Positions 32,135 through 41,929 are shown, numbered from the stretch's first letter. The stretch: DNA of 64,000 nt from Desulfobacteraceae bacterium (GCA_024226935.1 JAAELK010000222.1:27237-91236), one strand, 5' to 3'. Notes: a model not told the origin generated them from the letters alone. Made by a program: numbers and translations.

Positions 32135-33808
32135 CTAACCCTTTGCCTTGTTTAGCCCAGGATGTCTGCCCTTGAGAATATGGGGGGTTATAAAAATCAG
32201 CAGCTCTTCCATATCAGAAGAATCGGAAATGCTTTTAAAAAGCCAGCCAAGGCCGGGAACATCCTTTAACCACGGCACCCCGGATTCCCCCTCCTGGATA
32301 TACTCCTTGTTAAGACCCCCTATGACCGTGGTCTGGCCGTCAAAAAGATTCACCATGGTCTGGGCATGCTTGGTTATGATGGTGGGATTTCCCAACACGG
32401 GATTTGTCGTGTCAAACTCATCTTTATGGGTGAGTATCTCAAGGCGGATCACATTATCGTTGACCACATGGGGGGTAACCTCAAGGAGGATAACGGCCTT
32501 TTTCCATTCAATTTTCACCTCGTCATCTTCAACGGACTGGAAGGGTATTTCCCTGCCGCTTTCTATGGTGGCTTTGCGATGATCCATGGTAGTAATGGAG
32601 GGTTTTGAAAGGATATTGAGCTTTCCTTCCTCCTGGAGGGCCGAAAGCTGGGCATAGAGAACGTATTCTCCTATCTTCTGGGTCATAAGCCCCAGGCTCA
32701 AGCCAGTGGTGGCATCGATGGGAAAGTTTGAAATATATCCGTCGGTGGGATCATAGGGGATGGGGTTACCGTCTTCATCGGTCATGGCACGGTTGAACTC
32801 CTGCATATTGCCGCCGATGGAATAGCTTTTCCCCCCGGAACGTGTTGAGGTGCCAAGGCCACCCCACTGGACACCAAGCTCCTTGGCGGTGTCGGAATTT
32901 GCCTCCACAATATGGGCCTCGATCAATATCTGCTTGCTGGGGCGGTCAAGGCTTACAATTATGGGCATGATTTTTTTAATATCCGATCTTGTGGCGTGGA
33001 GAATAAGAGAATTTGTATTTTCATCCATGAGAATGGAACCCCGGAACCCCGTGGATTTAGTATCCTGGATCCCTTCAAAGGCATTTTCCCCCCGGGATAT
33101 CTCAACATCCCTGGTATTGGCGGAAAGATAAGTTTCAAGGTTGGTTCTCAGGGCGGAAAGATCGGTAAAATCTATTTTGACAATCCTGGTGACTAGGGGT
33201 TCCAGCTTTCCTTTTTCCTGTTCTATGGCCATCATTGCTATAGCATGTTCTTTTTTACTCTTCTGGAATTTCTGGGTGGCCTCCATGAGAGCGATTTCCC
33301 TGTTCAGATCTTCAACGCAGATCACCCTTAAAATATCCCCGCTCCATTTATAGCTGAGGCTATAGGTGGTCAAAAGACCAGTAAACGCCTGGCTCCATGG
33401 AATATTGGAAATATTTATCTTGGCCTGGCCCGTTACGTTTTCACTGATCATAATGTTCATGTCAGCCACCCTGGCAAGGGTTCTTAGGAGTACCGCCACG
33501 GGAACATCATGCATCTTCATGGAGATGGGCAGGTCCGGCAGTTTTTTTTCAGGTTCTTGAATCTGCTGGGGCAATTGCTCCTGGTAAATCTCCCTGTCCC
33601 CCACTTTAATTTTATCATCGGGCACAGTCTCGTAGATCCTAGGATCCGGGGTGTGCCCTGCGGATTCTTCTGCAAGGGCTCTCCATTTTTCAAACCTGTC
33701 CGGTTTCACCTCTTCTTTTTTAGAACTCCTACACCCCGAGATCAAAAAAATAAGACCCAGTACCAGCAAACAATTTAGTATATTTTTTTTAACCATTTTT
33801 GTTCTCAA
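32135..33808 (-). CDS. Secretin (PilQ/MshL/GspD family) outer-membrane channel
   Basis: 557 aa with lipoprotein-like signal 'LIFLISGC'. It has an N0-like 'MHDVPVAVLLRTLARVADMNIMIS' and the secretin C-domain 'GVPWLKDVPGLGWLFKS...ELLIFITPHIL'. Confidence 0.9.
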   Translation of the reverse strand: MRTKMVKKNILNCLLVLGLIFLISGCRSSKKEEVKPDRFEKWRALAEESAGHTPDPRIYETVPDDKIKVGDREIYQEQLPQQIQEPEKKLPDLPISMKMHDVPVAVLLRTLARVADMNIMISENVTGQAKINISNIPWSQAFTGLLTTYSLSYKWSGDILRVICVEDLNREIALMEATQKFQKSKKEHAIAMMAIEQEKGKLEPLVTRIVKIDFTDLSALRTNLETYLSANTRDVEISRGENAFEGIQDTKSTGFRGSILMDENTNSLILHATRSDIKKIMPIIVSLDRPSKQILIEAHIVEANSDTAKELGVQWGGLGTSTRSGGKSYSIGGNMQEFNRAMTDEDGNPIPYDPTDGYISNFPIDATTGLSLGLMTQKIGEYVLYAQLSALQEEGKLNILSKPSITTMDHRKATIESGREIPFQSVEDDEVKIEWKKAVILLEVTPHVVNDNVIRLEILTHKDEFDTTNPVLGNPTIITKHAQTMVNLFDGQTTVIGGLNKEYIQEGESGVPWLKDVPGLGWLFKSISDSSDMEELLIFITPHILKGRHPGLNKAKG

Positions 33809-33815
33809 TTTCCAC

Positions 33816-34313
33816 TTAATTTTCTTCCAATTGAAGAAAAATCTCTTTATTTGCTTCGGTGAACAAAACCACCTTGGAAGGGGTGATGCTGGTAACCTGG
33901 TGCCCCAGTTCCTTGAGGGATTCTCCCCTTATATATTCCATGCCGTTTATCACTGCTAAAATCTTGTTACCGGCCTTGATAAATCCTGTATAAGAAATCC
34001 CCTGCGAGGTCTTTGGCTCATTTGATCTTTGTTCCCCTGTCTTTGGCCCGTTAAAGCTGCTAAAAGGGTCATTTTCCCATCGGGACTCGGCCTTTAAAAT
34101 CAGATATTTTGTGTCCCGGGATTTGTTTTTTGAGTTAACCTTGACAAGTTTTGATCCGGCAGAATCGGCAAAGGCGTCAAGCTTAGTGATTGCCTGGGCC
34201 ATCTGCATGTCATCTGCCTTTTGATTTTTTGGAGAAAAAACAAAATAATCCAGAAGGCCGTAAACCCCTATGACCACCGCAAACCCTATGATAATAATTT
34301 CTTGTTTATTCAT
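33816..34313 (-). CDS. Bitopic pilus-assembly protein (MshK/PilP/GspC-like position)
   Basis: 165 aa with an N-terminal TM. The C-terminal region reads 'YTGFIKAGNKILAVINGMEYIRGESL...VTSITPSKVVLF'. Confidence 0.5.
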   Translation of the reverse strand: MNKQEIIIIGFAVVIGVYGLLDYFVFSPKNQKADDMQMAQAITKLDAFADSAGSKLVKVNSKNKSRDTKYLILKAESRWENDPFSSFNGPKTGEQRSNEPKTSQGISYTGFIKAGNKILAVINGMEYIRGESLKELGHQVTSITPSKVVLFTEANKEIFLQLEEN

Positions 34314-34325
34314 AATTTAATTCTT

Positions 34326-34448
34326 GCCTATCTTTATTAATGCCTATCAGTAAATACCTATCAGTAAATTTCAATCAAACTCTATCAATACTTATAAATC
34401 TCTATCAAACTCTATCAATGCCTATGAATGCTTATCAATGCTTATCCT
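34326..34448. repeat. Phased tandem repeats: one 15-mer-like unit, two 14-mers (tRcctatcagtaaa), then eight consecutive decamers (NNCTATCAA-type)
   Basis: Units were read directly. The decamers run 34369-34448 without gaps. The array spans the spacer and the last 9 codons of the PilO-like gene. Confidence 0.9.
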
Positions 34449-34982
34449 TATTTTTGTTAAATACTTTTTAACATTGGTTTGATCCGTGGTGATTTTAATG
34501 GTTTCCATGCTGTTAAAAAATGGAAGGGCAACCAGACCGATAAGACAATTTCTAAAGTCAAACAAAGCGCCGCTGAACTCAAGATCCATGGAAATTAAAT
34601 TGGAACTGCCCTTTAATGAACCGATATCAAGACTATGTCCTATAAATTCCATATTGTTTTCCCGGGCAAGGTTGCCAAAAACCTTGGAAAGGGTGTAAAT
34701 CTTGTCCCTTGAAATGGCTTTTCTTTCCCGGAACGGTAATGCCGGATCAAATTTAACCTCGGACAGGGCGCTAGCCTTTGCATAGAGGGGGAATAATTTT
34801 TTTTGCTCTTCTAACAGAAAAGTTTTTGAAAGAGATAAATCTTTTACTTTTTCCACCCTTTGATACTGGGGAAAAACGATTCCCATGATAAAGGCAGCCA
34901 CAACAACAAATGAACCGATAACCAATGCCAGGGTCAGGGGGGGAAGTTTTTTCAACTCTTTTTTTTGATCCTTCCCCGTCAT
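34422..34982 (-). CDS. PilO/MshJ/GspM-like bitopic assembly protein
   Basis: 186 aa with a single N-terminal TM 'LTLALVIGSFVVVAAFIMGIVF'. It is positioned after the PilM/N-like gene, with a 1-nt overlap. Confidence 0.55.
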   Translation of the reverse strand: MTGKDQKKELKKLPPLTLALVIGSFVVVAAFIMGIVFPQYQRVEKVKDLSLSKTFLLEEQKKLFPLYAKASALSEVKFDPALPFRERKAISRDKIYTLSKVFGNLARENNMEFIGHSLDIGSLKGSSNLISMDLEFSGALFDFRNCLIGLVALPFFNSMETIKITTDQTNVKKYLTKIRISIDKHS

Positions 34983-35911
34983 TAAAGAATCTCCATATCT
35001 GCGGTGAACATCAAAAGATTTGAATCCCGCTGGGTTTCAACCTTTTTGTCCCTGAGTAAAATTTCACCAAAAAGAGGTGAATCCCCTAGGCCTAAAACAT
35101 ATCCCGTTAATGCGGATTCAAGGGCGGTAAACTCAGTTTTGACAAGGCCCCTTATGGTGACCGATTTTTTTCTTTTAACCCGGGTTGTTTTTTTGTTGCT
35201 GGGACGGTTTTGAATAATGTCTTCCCTGAAATCAGATTCCAGGGAGATAAGGGATATTTTTTCAGGAGTCAGGGAACATATTTCATTAATGACCGCAGGA
35301 GAGATAAAATCCCTGGCATATCTGTTGATCATTCCGGCTTTTTTCCCGGCTTCCACAATTTTTTTGTCCAAGGAGTTTTGGGTAACGACGGGATTATAGA
35401 AATCCAACTGGGTTTCGATGGTTTTTATTTTATTGAGTTCCTTTGATTCAATATTTTTAAACCATCCCCAGACCCCGGTGCAAACCATCACACCGACAAG
35501 GCAGGCCGCAACAATACCCAAATTTATTTTTTGGTATCGAAGTTTGATATTTTTTTGAAGGTAGGTATAAAGAAAATTGGGGGTATATTCATTGTTGGAC
35601 ATGGCAATACCAAGAGCTGGGATAATACAAGAGCGATCCTGGGCCCCCCGGGGCATTTTACTGGCAGAAGGATTTGATTGATCTTCAAAGGGGGAAAACT
35701 TTTCTATTTTGATGGAAGCATGTTCAGCTGCATATTCATTAAACGCCCTGCAATCATCTGTTTCTCCATAAAAAAGAAATCTTGAAACAGGCTTATTACC
35801 GGCATAATTATGGGAACAATACTCACCTGTTCTGACAATTTTTCCCACCAGTCTATCCACCGGCTCTTCCATCAATTTAAACACGGGGCCCTTTTTGTCT
35901 GTCTGGGCCAA
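34982..35911 (-). CDS. C-terminal half of a PilM-like actin-fold ATPase fused to a PilN-like TM/periplasmic segment (MshI/GspL-like). It is in frame with the upstream ORF across one TAA.
   Basis: 309 aa. 'PVDRLVGKIVRTGEYC...RFLFYGETDD' is PilM C-half-like, followed by the TM 'LGIVAACLVGVMVCTGVWGWF'. The start is a TTG 16 codons after the TAA. Confidence 0.6.
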   Translation of the reverse strand: MAQTDKKGPVFKLMEEPVDRLVGKIVRTGEYCSHNYAGNKPVSRFLFYGETDDCRAFNEYAAEHASIKIEKFSPFEDQSNPSASKMPRGAQDRSCIIPALGIAMSNNEYTPNFLYTYLQKNIKLRYQKINLGIVAACLVGVMVCTGVWGWFKNIESKELNKIKTIETQLDFYNPVVTQNSLDKKIVEAGKKAGMINRYARDFISPAVINEICSLTPEKISLISLESDFREDIIQNRPSNKKTTRVKRKKSVTIRGLVKTEFTALESALTGYVLGLGDSPLFGEILLRDKKVETQRDSNLLMFTADMEIL

Positions 35912-35956
35912 AAGGCATTTAGCAATGCTGTCGCCATCAATGGATGATTCAACATC

Positions 35957-36757
35957 TTACATGATTTTTTCCACAAGACCTGCGGAACCGGTTCTAAGAT
36001 TTCTTGTCAGGAAAACACCTTTTTTGGATAGACAGGAAATCTCAGAACTATGCCTTGCTATATTAACCATGAGAATGGGAGATTCATCGGCCTTAATAAA
36101 ACCGGTCCTGATAAAATTTTGCAGGGCAAAGGGCATTGCAGTTATTCCGGTCAGGGAGAATCCGGCAGTTGAAAAAAGATTTTTAATAAAATTGAGTTGT
36201 TCTTTCTCTCCTGCAAAGGCAACGACATTTTTCTTTTTAACGCCGTCAACCCATGTATCGGCGATAAAATCATAATCAAAAATTTCTTTTGCAGGATCTA
36301 TGTCAATATCCTTTTTCAGCCCCCAGAGAGCGGCATTGGCAATTTTACCCTCTTTGAGATCCGGCAGAACAATATTGCGCAGTTTTAGATATTTTGACTC
36401 GATTGCCGTCCATACTGCTACCTTTTTATTTTTTCCCAGAAATTTGGTAATGGACGACTTTAAAAATAGAGGAAAATCTTTATCCTTAATATCCAGATCT
36501 TCCGGGAACCGAATATGGGACCATTTTATAAGTTCTTTATCGGCTCCATGTTTTTTTTCATCGGTCAGAACAAGGGCAAGGGATTTTTCACCGATAAAAA
36601 CGCCCAGGGTAAGGCAATGACAAAGATCTGTCTTGATTGGAATTAGCCGGTGGAGGGGATTTTTGGAGATAAAGGGTTTATCGACAAAAGATAAAATCTT
36701 ACCGCGGAGTATATCAAATAAAGCCTGCGTTGATCTTAAAACTCTGGAATCATTCAA
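35957..36757 (-). CDS. N-terminal half of a PilM-like actin-fold assembly ATPase
   Basis: 266 aa. It has 'LRNIVLPDLKEGKIANAALWGLKKDI', 'AGFSLTGITAMPFALQNF' and 'LMVNIARHSSEISCL...RNLRTGSAGLVEKI'. It ends at the TAA at 35957-35959. Confidence 0.6.
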   Translation of the reverse strand: MNDSRVLRSTQALFDILRGKILSFVDKPFISKNPLHRLIPIKTDLCHCLTLGVFIGEKSLALVLTDEKKHGADKELIKWSHIRFPEDLDIKDKDFPLFLKSSITKFLGKNKKVAVWTAIESKYLKLRNIVLPDLKEGKIANAALWGLKKDIDIDPAKEIFDYDFIADTWVDGVKKKNVVAFAGEKEQLNFIKNLFSTAGFSLTGITAMPFALQNFIRTGFIKADESPILMVNIARHSSEISCLSKKGVFLTRNLRTGSAGLVEKIM

Positions 36758-36984
36758 AAAGACCTCATTCCTCCACTATTAGTAATCATTAATTTCGATT
36801 GATATAATTACTCAGCATCATTAATGGCCCTAGGATAAGCGCTATAACAAACACCTCCACTTGTCAACCTCAAAAAAGTTCCCCTGGAACGGATATAGTA
36901 AATCATCGGGGTTTTAAGATAAAGAATACTTTTTTTTTGCATTTAACCATATCAAATGAAATGGGGTAAAAATATTTTGCCGGT

Positions 36985-37013
36985 TGACTTTCTATCCCAT
37001 GCCCATTAAACAA
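36985..37013 (+). promoter_or_regulatory. Sigma70-like promoter (TTGACT-17 nt-TAAACA) upstream of the GGDEF gene; a paralogue of the module at 5975-6003
   Basis: See 5975-6003. Confidence 0.5.
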
Positions 37014-37069
37014 TAATAGTCTTTCTTAAATACTGACCCTAAAAATATGAAATATCAGGATAATAAAAA

Positions 37070-38092
37070 ATGGAGATTCCACCTTCTCTTCTAACCAGGT
37101 TAAATGACAATGAAAAAATTGCCAGAAAATTCAATGAAATAGAGATAAGCATCCTCACCATATTAAATTTTCAGGATTTTCTTGAAAGACTTTTATTTGA
37201 AATAAGTGATAAGTTTTCCATCGGTTATATATGGATTTCGATCATAGAAGAAAGCTCCATTGCAAAACAGCTCCACGATATTCAAAATTCCCAACTATTA
37301 AAAACTTCCACCGCCTTTGTACCCAAAGAAAAATTTTTATCCGTGACACAAAACAGCCTTAAGCCCTTATTGGCCAATGAGAACCTGGAATTTTTTGATG
37401 CCCTGGTTCCGGAAATAGCCGACTATAACGTGGGCTCCATTGCCATTGCCCCGATTACACTGGACGGAACGGTCATCGGAAGTATCAACCAGGCAGACAA
37501 AGATAAAACCCGGTTTGAACCCGGAATAGATACCTCTCTATTGGAACAACTGGCCTTAAAAGTCTCTTTATGTCTTTCAAATGTTACAGCCCACGAACAA
37601 TTAAAATTTTTGGCCTTCCATGATCCTCTGACAGGTCTGTTGAACCGAAGGGTCATGGAAAGAATCCTGGAAAGAGAATTTTTGCGGGCAAAACGATATA
37701 AAATCGAATTGACCCTCCTTTTTCTGGATCTTGATGATTTCAAATCCATTAATGACACCTTTGGCCACGATAATGGAGATCGAGCTCTCTGTCACATTTC
37801 CAACTCTTTAAACCAACTCAAACGCGATTCCGATATTGTGGCCCGGTTTGCCGGTGACGAATTTGTTGTCATTTTCCCTTCCACCACCAGGGCCCAGGCA
37901 GAAAACTATATTAACCGGGTAAGAAAAAATCTGGATTCATCTCCCCTATCTGCAAATGACACAAGCTTTTTTATAAAATTAAGTTATGGAATTTCCACCA
38001 TATCTGAAAAGGATATTGACTCATCAAAGGCCCTGTTAAAACAAGCAGATAAAAGACTCTACAAAGCTAAGCAGGAAAAAAACAATAACTGA
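37070..38092 (+). CDS. Diguanylate cyclase (GGDEF domain, AGDEF variant) with an N-terminal GAF/DUF484-like sensor region
   Basis: 340 aa. Motifs seen: 'HDPLTGLLNRR', 'DLDDFKSINDTFGHDNGD' and 'RFAGDEFVVIF'. Confidence 0.85.
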   Translation: MEIPPSLLTRLNDNEKIARKFNEIEISILTILNFQDFLERLLFEISDKFSIGYIWISIIEESSIAKQLHDIQNSQLLKTSTAFVPKEKFLSVTQNSLKPLLANENLEFFDALVPEIADYNVGSIAIAPITLDGTVIGSINQADKDKTRFEPGIDTSLLEQLALKVSLCLSNVTAHEQLKFLAFHDPLTGLLNRRVMERILEREFLRAKRYKIELTLLFLDLDDFKSINDTFGHDNGDRALCHISNSLNQLKRDSDIVARFAGDEFVVIFPSTTRAQAENYINRVRKNLDSSPLSANDTSFFIKLSYGISTISEKDIDSSKALLKQADKRLYKAKQEKNNN

Positions 38093-38344
38093 ACTCCCAG
38101 TGCGTCCCCCCCCGCCGCCATGATTTTCTTAGATCCGGCAAATATTTCTTTTCTAATCTTCAATGATATAGTATCATTATCGTAATTTGCACGGTTTTAT
38201 AATCCTAATAACGGCCATGGGCCGCCAGGCAAGTTCCATCGACTTGCCCACAACAAAACATGAAAGAATACGATAGGTTGGCTGGTTCTTTCATATAAAC
38301 CTGGCTGAAATAAAAACCATTGATATGCGGTTACCCAATGATCC

Positions 38345-41098
38345 ATGGTATTTAAACAACTCAAATTCAGGAATAAGCTGCTGGTAGCTTTTTTGGCAGC
38401 CTTTGTGCCTCTGATCCTCATCGGAAGTGTCCTTGCCTACTACCAGGTAAAAAAAACACTTGAAACCAATATTGAAAAAGAACTGACCGATACAACCGAA
38501 TCTTTGATAAACCTGATTCAGATTTCGGCCACAATTTCCATTAAAAACAGGTTACAGGCCATCGCCGAAAAAAACCTGGAGATTGCCCAGTATTTCTACG
38601 ACAAGTACAAAGCAGGCACCATGACCCGTGAACAAGCCATCAAAACCATCGAAGAAATTTTTTTAACCCAGTCCGTTGGGATCAGCGGATATATTTATTG
38701 TCTGGACAGTAACGGCCTGATAGTAATCCACCCCAAGGAAAAGGTGAAGGGCGAAAATCTGTCAAAATTTGATTTTATCAAACAACAATTATCCATAAAA
38801 GAAGGATACCTGGAATATAACTGGAAAAATCCAGGAGAATCCCACGAACGTGCAAAAGCCCTGTACATGGTATATTTTGAACCCCTGGACTGGATTATTT
38901 CCGTGTCCACCTATCGGGATGAATTCAGCTATCTGGTTGATATCAATCAATTTAAGGAAAGTATTCTCGCCTTCAAATCAGGAAAAACAGGGTATGCCTT
39001 TGTAATGGATGAAACCGGCATGGCTCTTATACACCCCCGGCTCCAGGGATCAAATCTCCTGGAACAGGCAGAGGATACCAGCCCCTTCGTACGCCAGATG
39101 CTTGATCAAAAAAATGGAAAACTCCGGTATTTCTGGAAAAACCCCGACGAAAACCGGCTCAGGGAAAAAATAGTTATTTTCAAAAATTTACCCCAATTTA
39201 AATGGATTGTAGGCTCCACAAGCTATGTGGAAGAAGTGTTCTCCCCCCTTAAGACATTTAAAACCATTCTGGCAGCAGTACTTATAATCACCCTGTTATC
39301 TACCGTTATTCTGACCTTTTTCATCAGTCGCTCGATCACAAGACCCCTGGATAAATTAATTCAAAAACTGGAAGCCGGAAGCCGGGGCGATTTTTCCGTG
39401 AGAATGAATTATGACTCCCAGGACGAACTGGGAAAATTATCCAGACATTTTAATTCCTTCATGGATCGCCTGGAAGATTACCATGAAAAACTCAACAATG
39501 AGATTCAAAAAACAATTGCCACCCAGGCAGCACTGGTGGAAAATGAGCTTAAACTTCGAGGACTTTTTAATCAATCATTTCAATATACAGGTATTGTATC
39601 CCCCTATGGTATCCTCGAAGAGGTCAACCAGAGCGCCCTTGATTTTGCAGATTGTACCGAAGCTGAAGTTCTTTATAAACCCTTTTGGGAAACCCTATGG
39701 TGGGGCCATGACCCCACTGGTCAAGAAGAGATCAAAGAAGCAATTCACAAGGGTTTAAAGGGAGAATTGGTTCGAATGGAAACCACCAATAAGGCCAAAA
39801 CCGGCGAGATAAGAAATCTTGATATATCCATAAAGCCGGTATTTAACAACTCCAATCAGATCGAATTTCTCATCGTAGAGGGAAGAGATATCACAAACCT
39901 CAAACAGGCGGATGCTGCGAGGCGTCACCTGGCTGTGCAACTTGAAAGATCCCAAAAGATGGAGGCAATAGGAACCCTGGCCGGCGGAATTGCCCATGAT
40001 TTCAATAATATTCTCTCCAGCATCTTTGGCTATACCCAATTGGCAGCAATGACCATAGAAAACCCGGAAAAGACAAAAAAGCATATCACCCAGATCATAA
40101 AAGGCGCCCAGCGTGCCGCAGGTCTGGTACAACAGATCCTTACATTCAGCAGACAAACAGAATATAAAAAGCACCCATTAAAAATCTATTTAATTCTAAA
40201 AGAAACCCTTAAATTACTACGCTCATCCATCCCCACCACCATTGAGATTAAAACACAAATTTTATCCACAGCGGTGGTCATGGCCGATCCCACACAAATG
40301 CACCAGGTGATCATGAATCTATGTACCAATGCCTACCACTCCATGCCGAAAACCGGCGGCATTTTAACTGTACGCCTGGAAGATATTGATAGGACCACCC
40401 ACAGGGATCAGCCGGTACCCCTTCAACCACCCTACAACTACCTGAAACTGGAAGTCCTAGACACGGGTTGTGGTATGGATCAAAACACCCTGGAAAAAGC
40501 CTTTGATCCATATTTCACGACCAAGGAGGTCGGACGGGGAACCGGCTTCGGGCTGGCATTGGTCCATGCCATAGTCGATGAACATGACGGAATAATCCAT
40601 GCCGAGAGTGAACCTGGAATCGGGACCAAGTTTTTAATCTATCTGCCGATAGTGGAAAAAGACGATAAATCGACACCCCAAGCTCCTCCCCCTGTTGATG
40701 AACCCGAAGGAGGAAACGAAACCATCATGGTCGTAGATGATGACAAGGATATCAGAAATCTGACCCGGGAGCTGCTTGAAAATATTGGCTACACCGCCCA
40801 TTCCTTTCAAGACGGTGAAAAAGCCCTGGCAGCCTTTGAAGAGAATCCAGACTATTTTGACCTGATAATCACAGATATGGCCATGCCCCGGATGACCGGT
40901 TATGAATTAGCCAAAAGAGTCCTTCACATCCGAAGCAAAATGCCCATTATTTTATGTACCGGTTATAGCGAAAATATTACAAAACACCATGCCATTGAAA
41001 TCGGGATCAGCCGATACCTCCAAAAGCCATTGCAAAACCAGGATCTTTTGTTTATCATCCGGGAAGTTCTGGACGGCCAGGAGCCAGTAATCCATTAA
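38345..41098 (+). CDS. Hybrid sensor histidine kinase (Cache-like periplasmic domain, HAMP, PAS, HisKA, HATPase_c, REC)
   Basis: 917 aa with two TMs. It has H-box 'GGIAHDFNNILSSIFGY', 'DTGCGMD', 'GTGFGLALV', and receiver 'IMVVDDDKDIR...LIITDMAMPRMTG'. Confidence 0.9.
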   Translation: MVFKQLKFRNKLLVAFLAAFVPLILIGSVLAYYQVKKTLETNIEKELTDTTESLINLIQISATISIKNRLQAIAEKNLEIAQYFYDKYKAGTMTREQAIKTIEEIFLTQSVGISGYIYCLDSNGLIVIHPKEKVKGENLSKFDFIKQQLSIKEGYLEYNWKNPGESHERAKALYMVYFEPLDWIISVSTYRDEFSYLVDINQFKESILAFKSGKTGYAFVMDETGMALIHPRLQGSNLLEQAEDTSPFVRQMLDQKNGKLRYFWKNPDENRLREKIVIFKNLPQFKWIVGSTSYVEEVFSPLKTFKTILAAVLIITLLSTVILTFFISRSITRPLDKLIQKLEAGSRGDFSVRMNYDSQDELGKLSRHFNSFMDRLEDYHEKLNNEIQKTIATQAALVENELKLRGLFNQSFQYTGIVSPYGILEEVNQSALDFADCTEAEVLYKPFWETLWWGHDPTGQEEIKEAIHKGLKGELVRMETTNKAKTGEIRNLDISIKPVFNNSNQIEFLIVEGRDITNLKQADAARRHLAVQLERSQKMEAIGTLAGGIAHDFNNILSSIFGYTQLAAMTIENPEKTKKHITQIIKGAQRAAGLVQQILTFSRQTEYKKHPLKIYLILKETLKLLRSSIPTTIEIKTQILSTAVVMADPTQMHQVIMNLCTNAYHSMPKTGGILTVRLEDIDRTTHRDQPVPLQPPYNYLKLEVLDTGCGMDQNTLEKAFDPYFTTKEVGRGTGFGLALVHAIVDEHDGIIHAESEPGIGTKFLIYLPIVEKDDKSTPQAPPPVDEPEGGNETIMVVDDDKDIRNLTRELLENIGYTAHSFQDGEKALAAFEENPDYFDLIITDMAMPRMTGYELAKRVLHIRSKMPIILCTGYSENITKHHAIEIGISRYLQKPLQNQDLLFIIREVLDGQEPVIH

Positions 41099-41108
41099 AG
41101 GAAAAACC

Positions 41109-41882
41109 ATGAAAAAAAAGATAATAGACCTGAGTATCAACATAGAAGCAGATCTGCCAAGCGACCCCCCCATGATGATCCCCAAAATCACATATGTTGA
41201 TCACAAAGCAGGTGCCACCCAGATGAAGGATTTTTTCCCCGGCTTAGAAGAAAACCAACTTCCAAACGGCCTTGGATGGGCTTTGGAGATGGTTTCCCTT
41301 ACGACCCATTCAGGAACTCACCTGGATGCCCCCTACCATTATCACCCGACAATGGACAAGGGGAAAAAAGCTCTGACAATAGATGAAATTCCCCTGGAAT
41401 GGTGTTTCAATGATGGTGTTCTTCTAAATTTTTCCCACCTGGGAGATGGAGAACCCATTTCAAGGGATCAAATCAAGGCTGAATTAAAAAGGATAGATTA
41501 TGAGCTCAAACCCTTTGATATTGTACTCATAAGAACAGGGGCGGATAAATTCTGGGGTAAAGAAGAATACCTGACAAAGGGTTGCGGTATGACCCGGGAC
41601 TCCACACTATACCTGCTTGAAAAAGGAGTGAAAATCACTGGGATTGATGCCTGGTCCTGGGATAGACCCCTACCATATTTAGCCGAGGAGTTCAAAAAAA
41701 CAGATGATCCAGCCATCATATGGGAAGCACATTTTGCAGGTATTGAAAAGGGCTATTGCCATATGGAAAAACTCACCAACCTTGATAAGATACCCCAACC
41801 CCACGGATTCCAAATCTCCTGTTTTCCCGTAAAAATCAAAGCTGCTTCTGCGGGATGGGTAAGGGCCGTGGCAATAATCTAA
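41109..41882 (+). CDS. Cyclase-family protein (kynurenine-formamidase-like metal hydrolase)
   Basis: 257 aa with the 'THSGTHLDAPYHY' signature. Confidence 0.8.
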   Translation: MKKKIIDLSINIEADLPSDPPMMIPKITYVDHKAGATQMKDFFPGLEENQLPNGLGWALEMVSLTTHSGTHLDAPYHYHPTMDKGKKALTIDEIPLEWCFNDGVLLNFSHLGDGEPISRDQIKAELKRIDYELKPFDIVLIRTGADKFWGKEEYLTKGCGMTRDSTLYLLEKGVKITGIDAWSWDRPLPYLAEEFKKTDDPAIIWEAHFAGIEKGYCHMEKLTNLDKIPQPHGFQISCFPVKIKAASAGWVRAVAII

Positions 41883-41929
41883 TTGTTGCTTGAACGACAA
41901 CTCACCCATAAAAAACAAAAATCCCCGGC

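Noticed and set aside
34326-34448. Possible CRISPR array
   Set aside because: The units are 10-14 bp and directly abutting with no unique spacers, and no cas genes are nearby. This is a simple tandem repeat, not a CRISPR array.
37070-38092. The idea that the AGDEF variant means a dead diguanylate cyclase
   Set aside because: AGDEF variants can retain activity, and the other catalytic and Mg-binding residues (DLDDFK, the RxxD-like region) appear intact. This cannot be decided from sequence.
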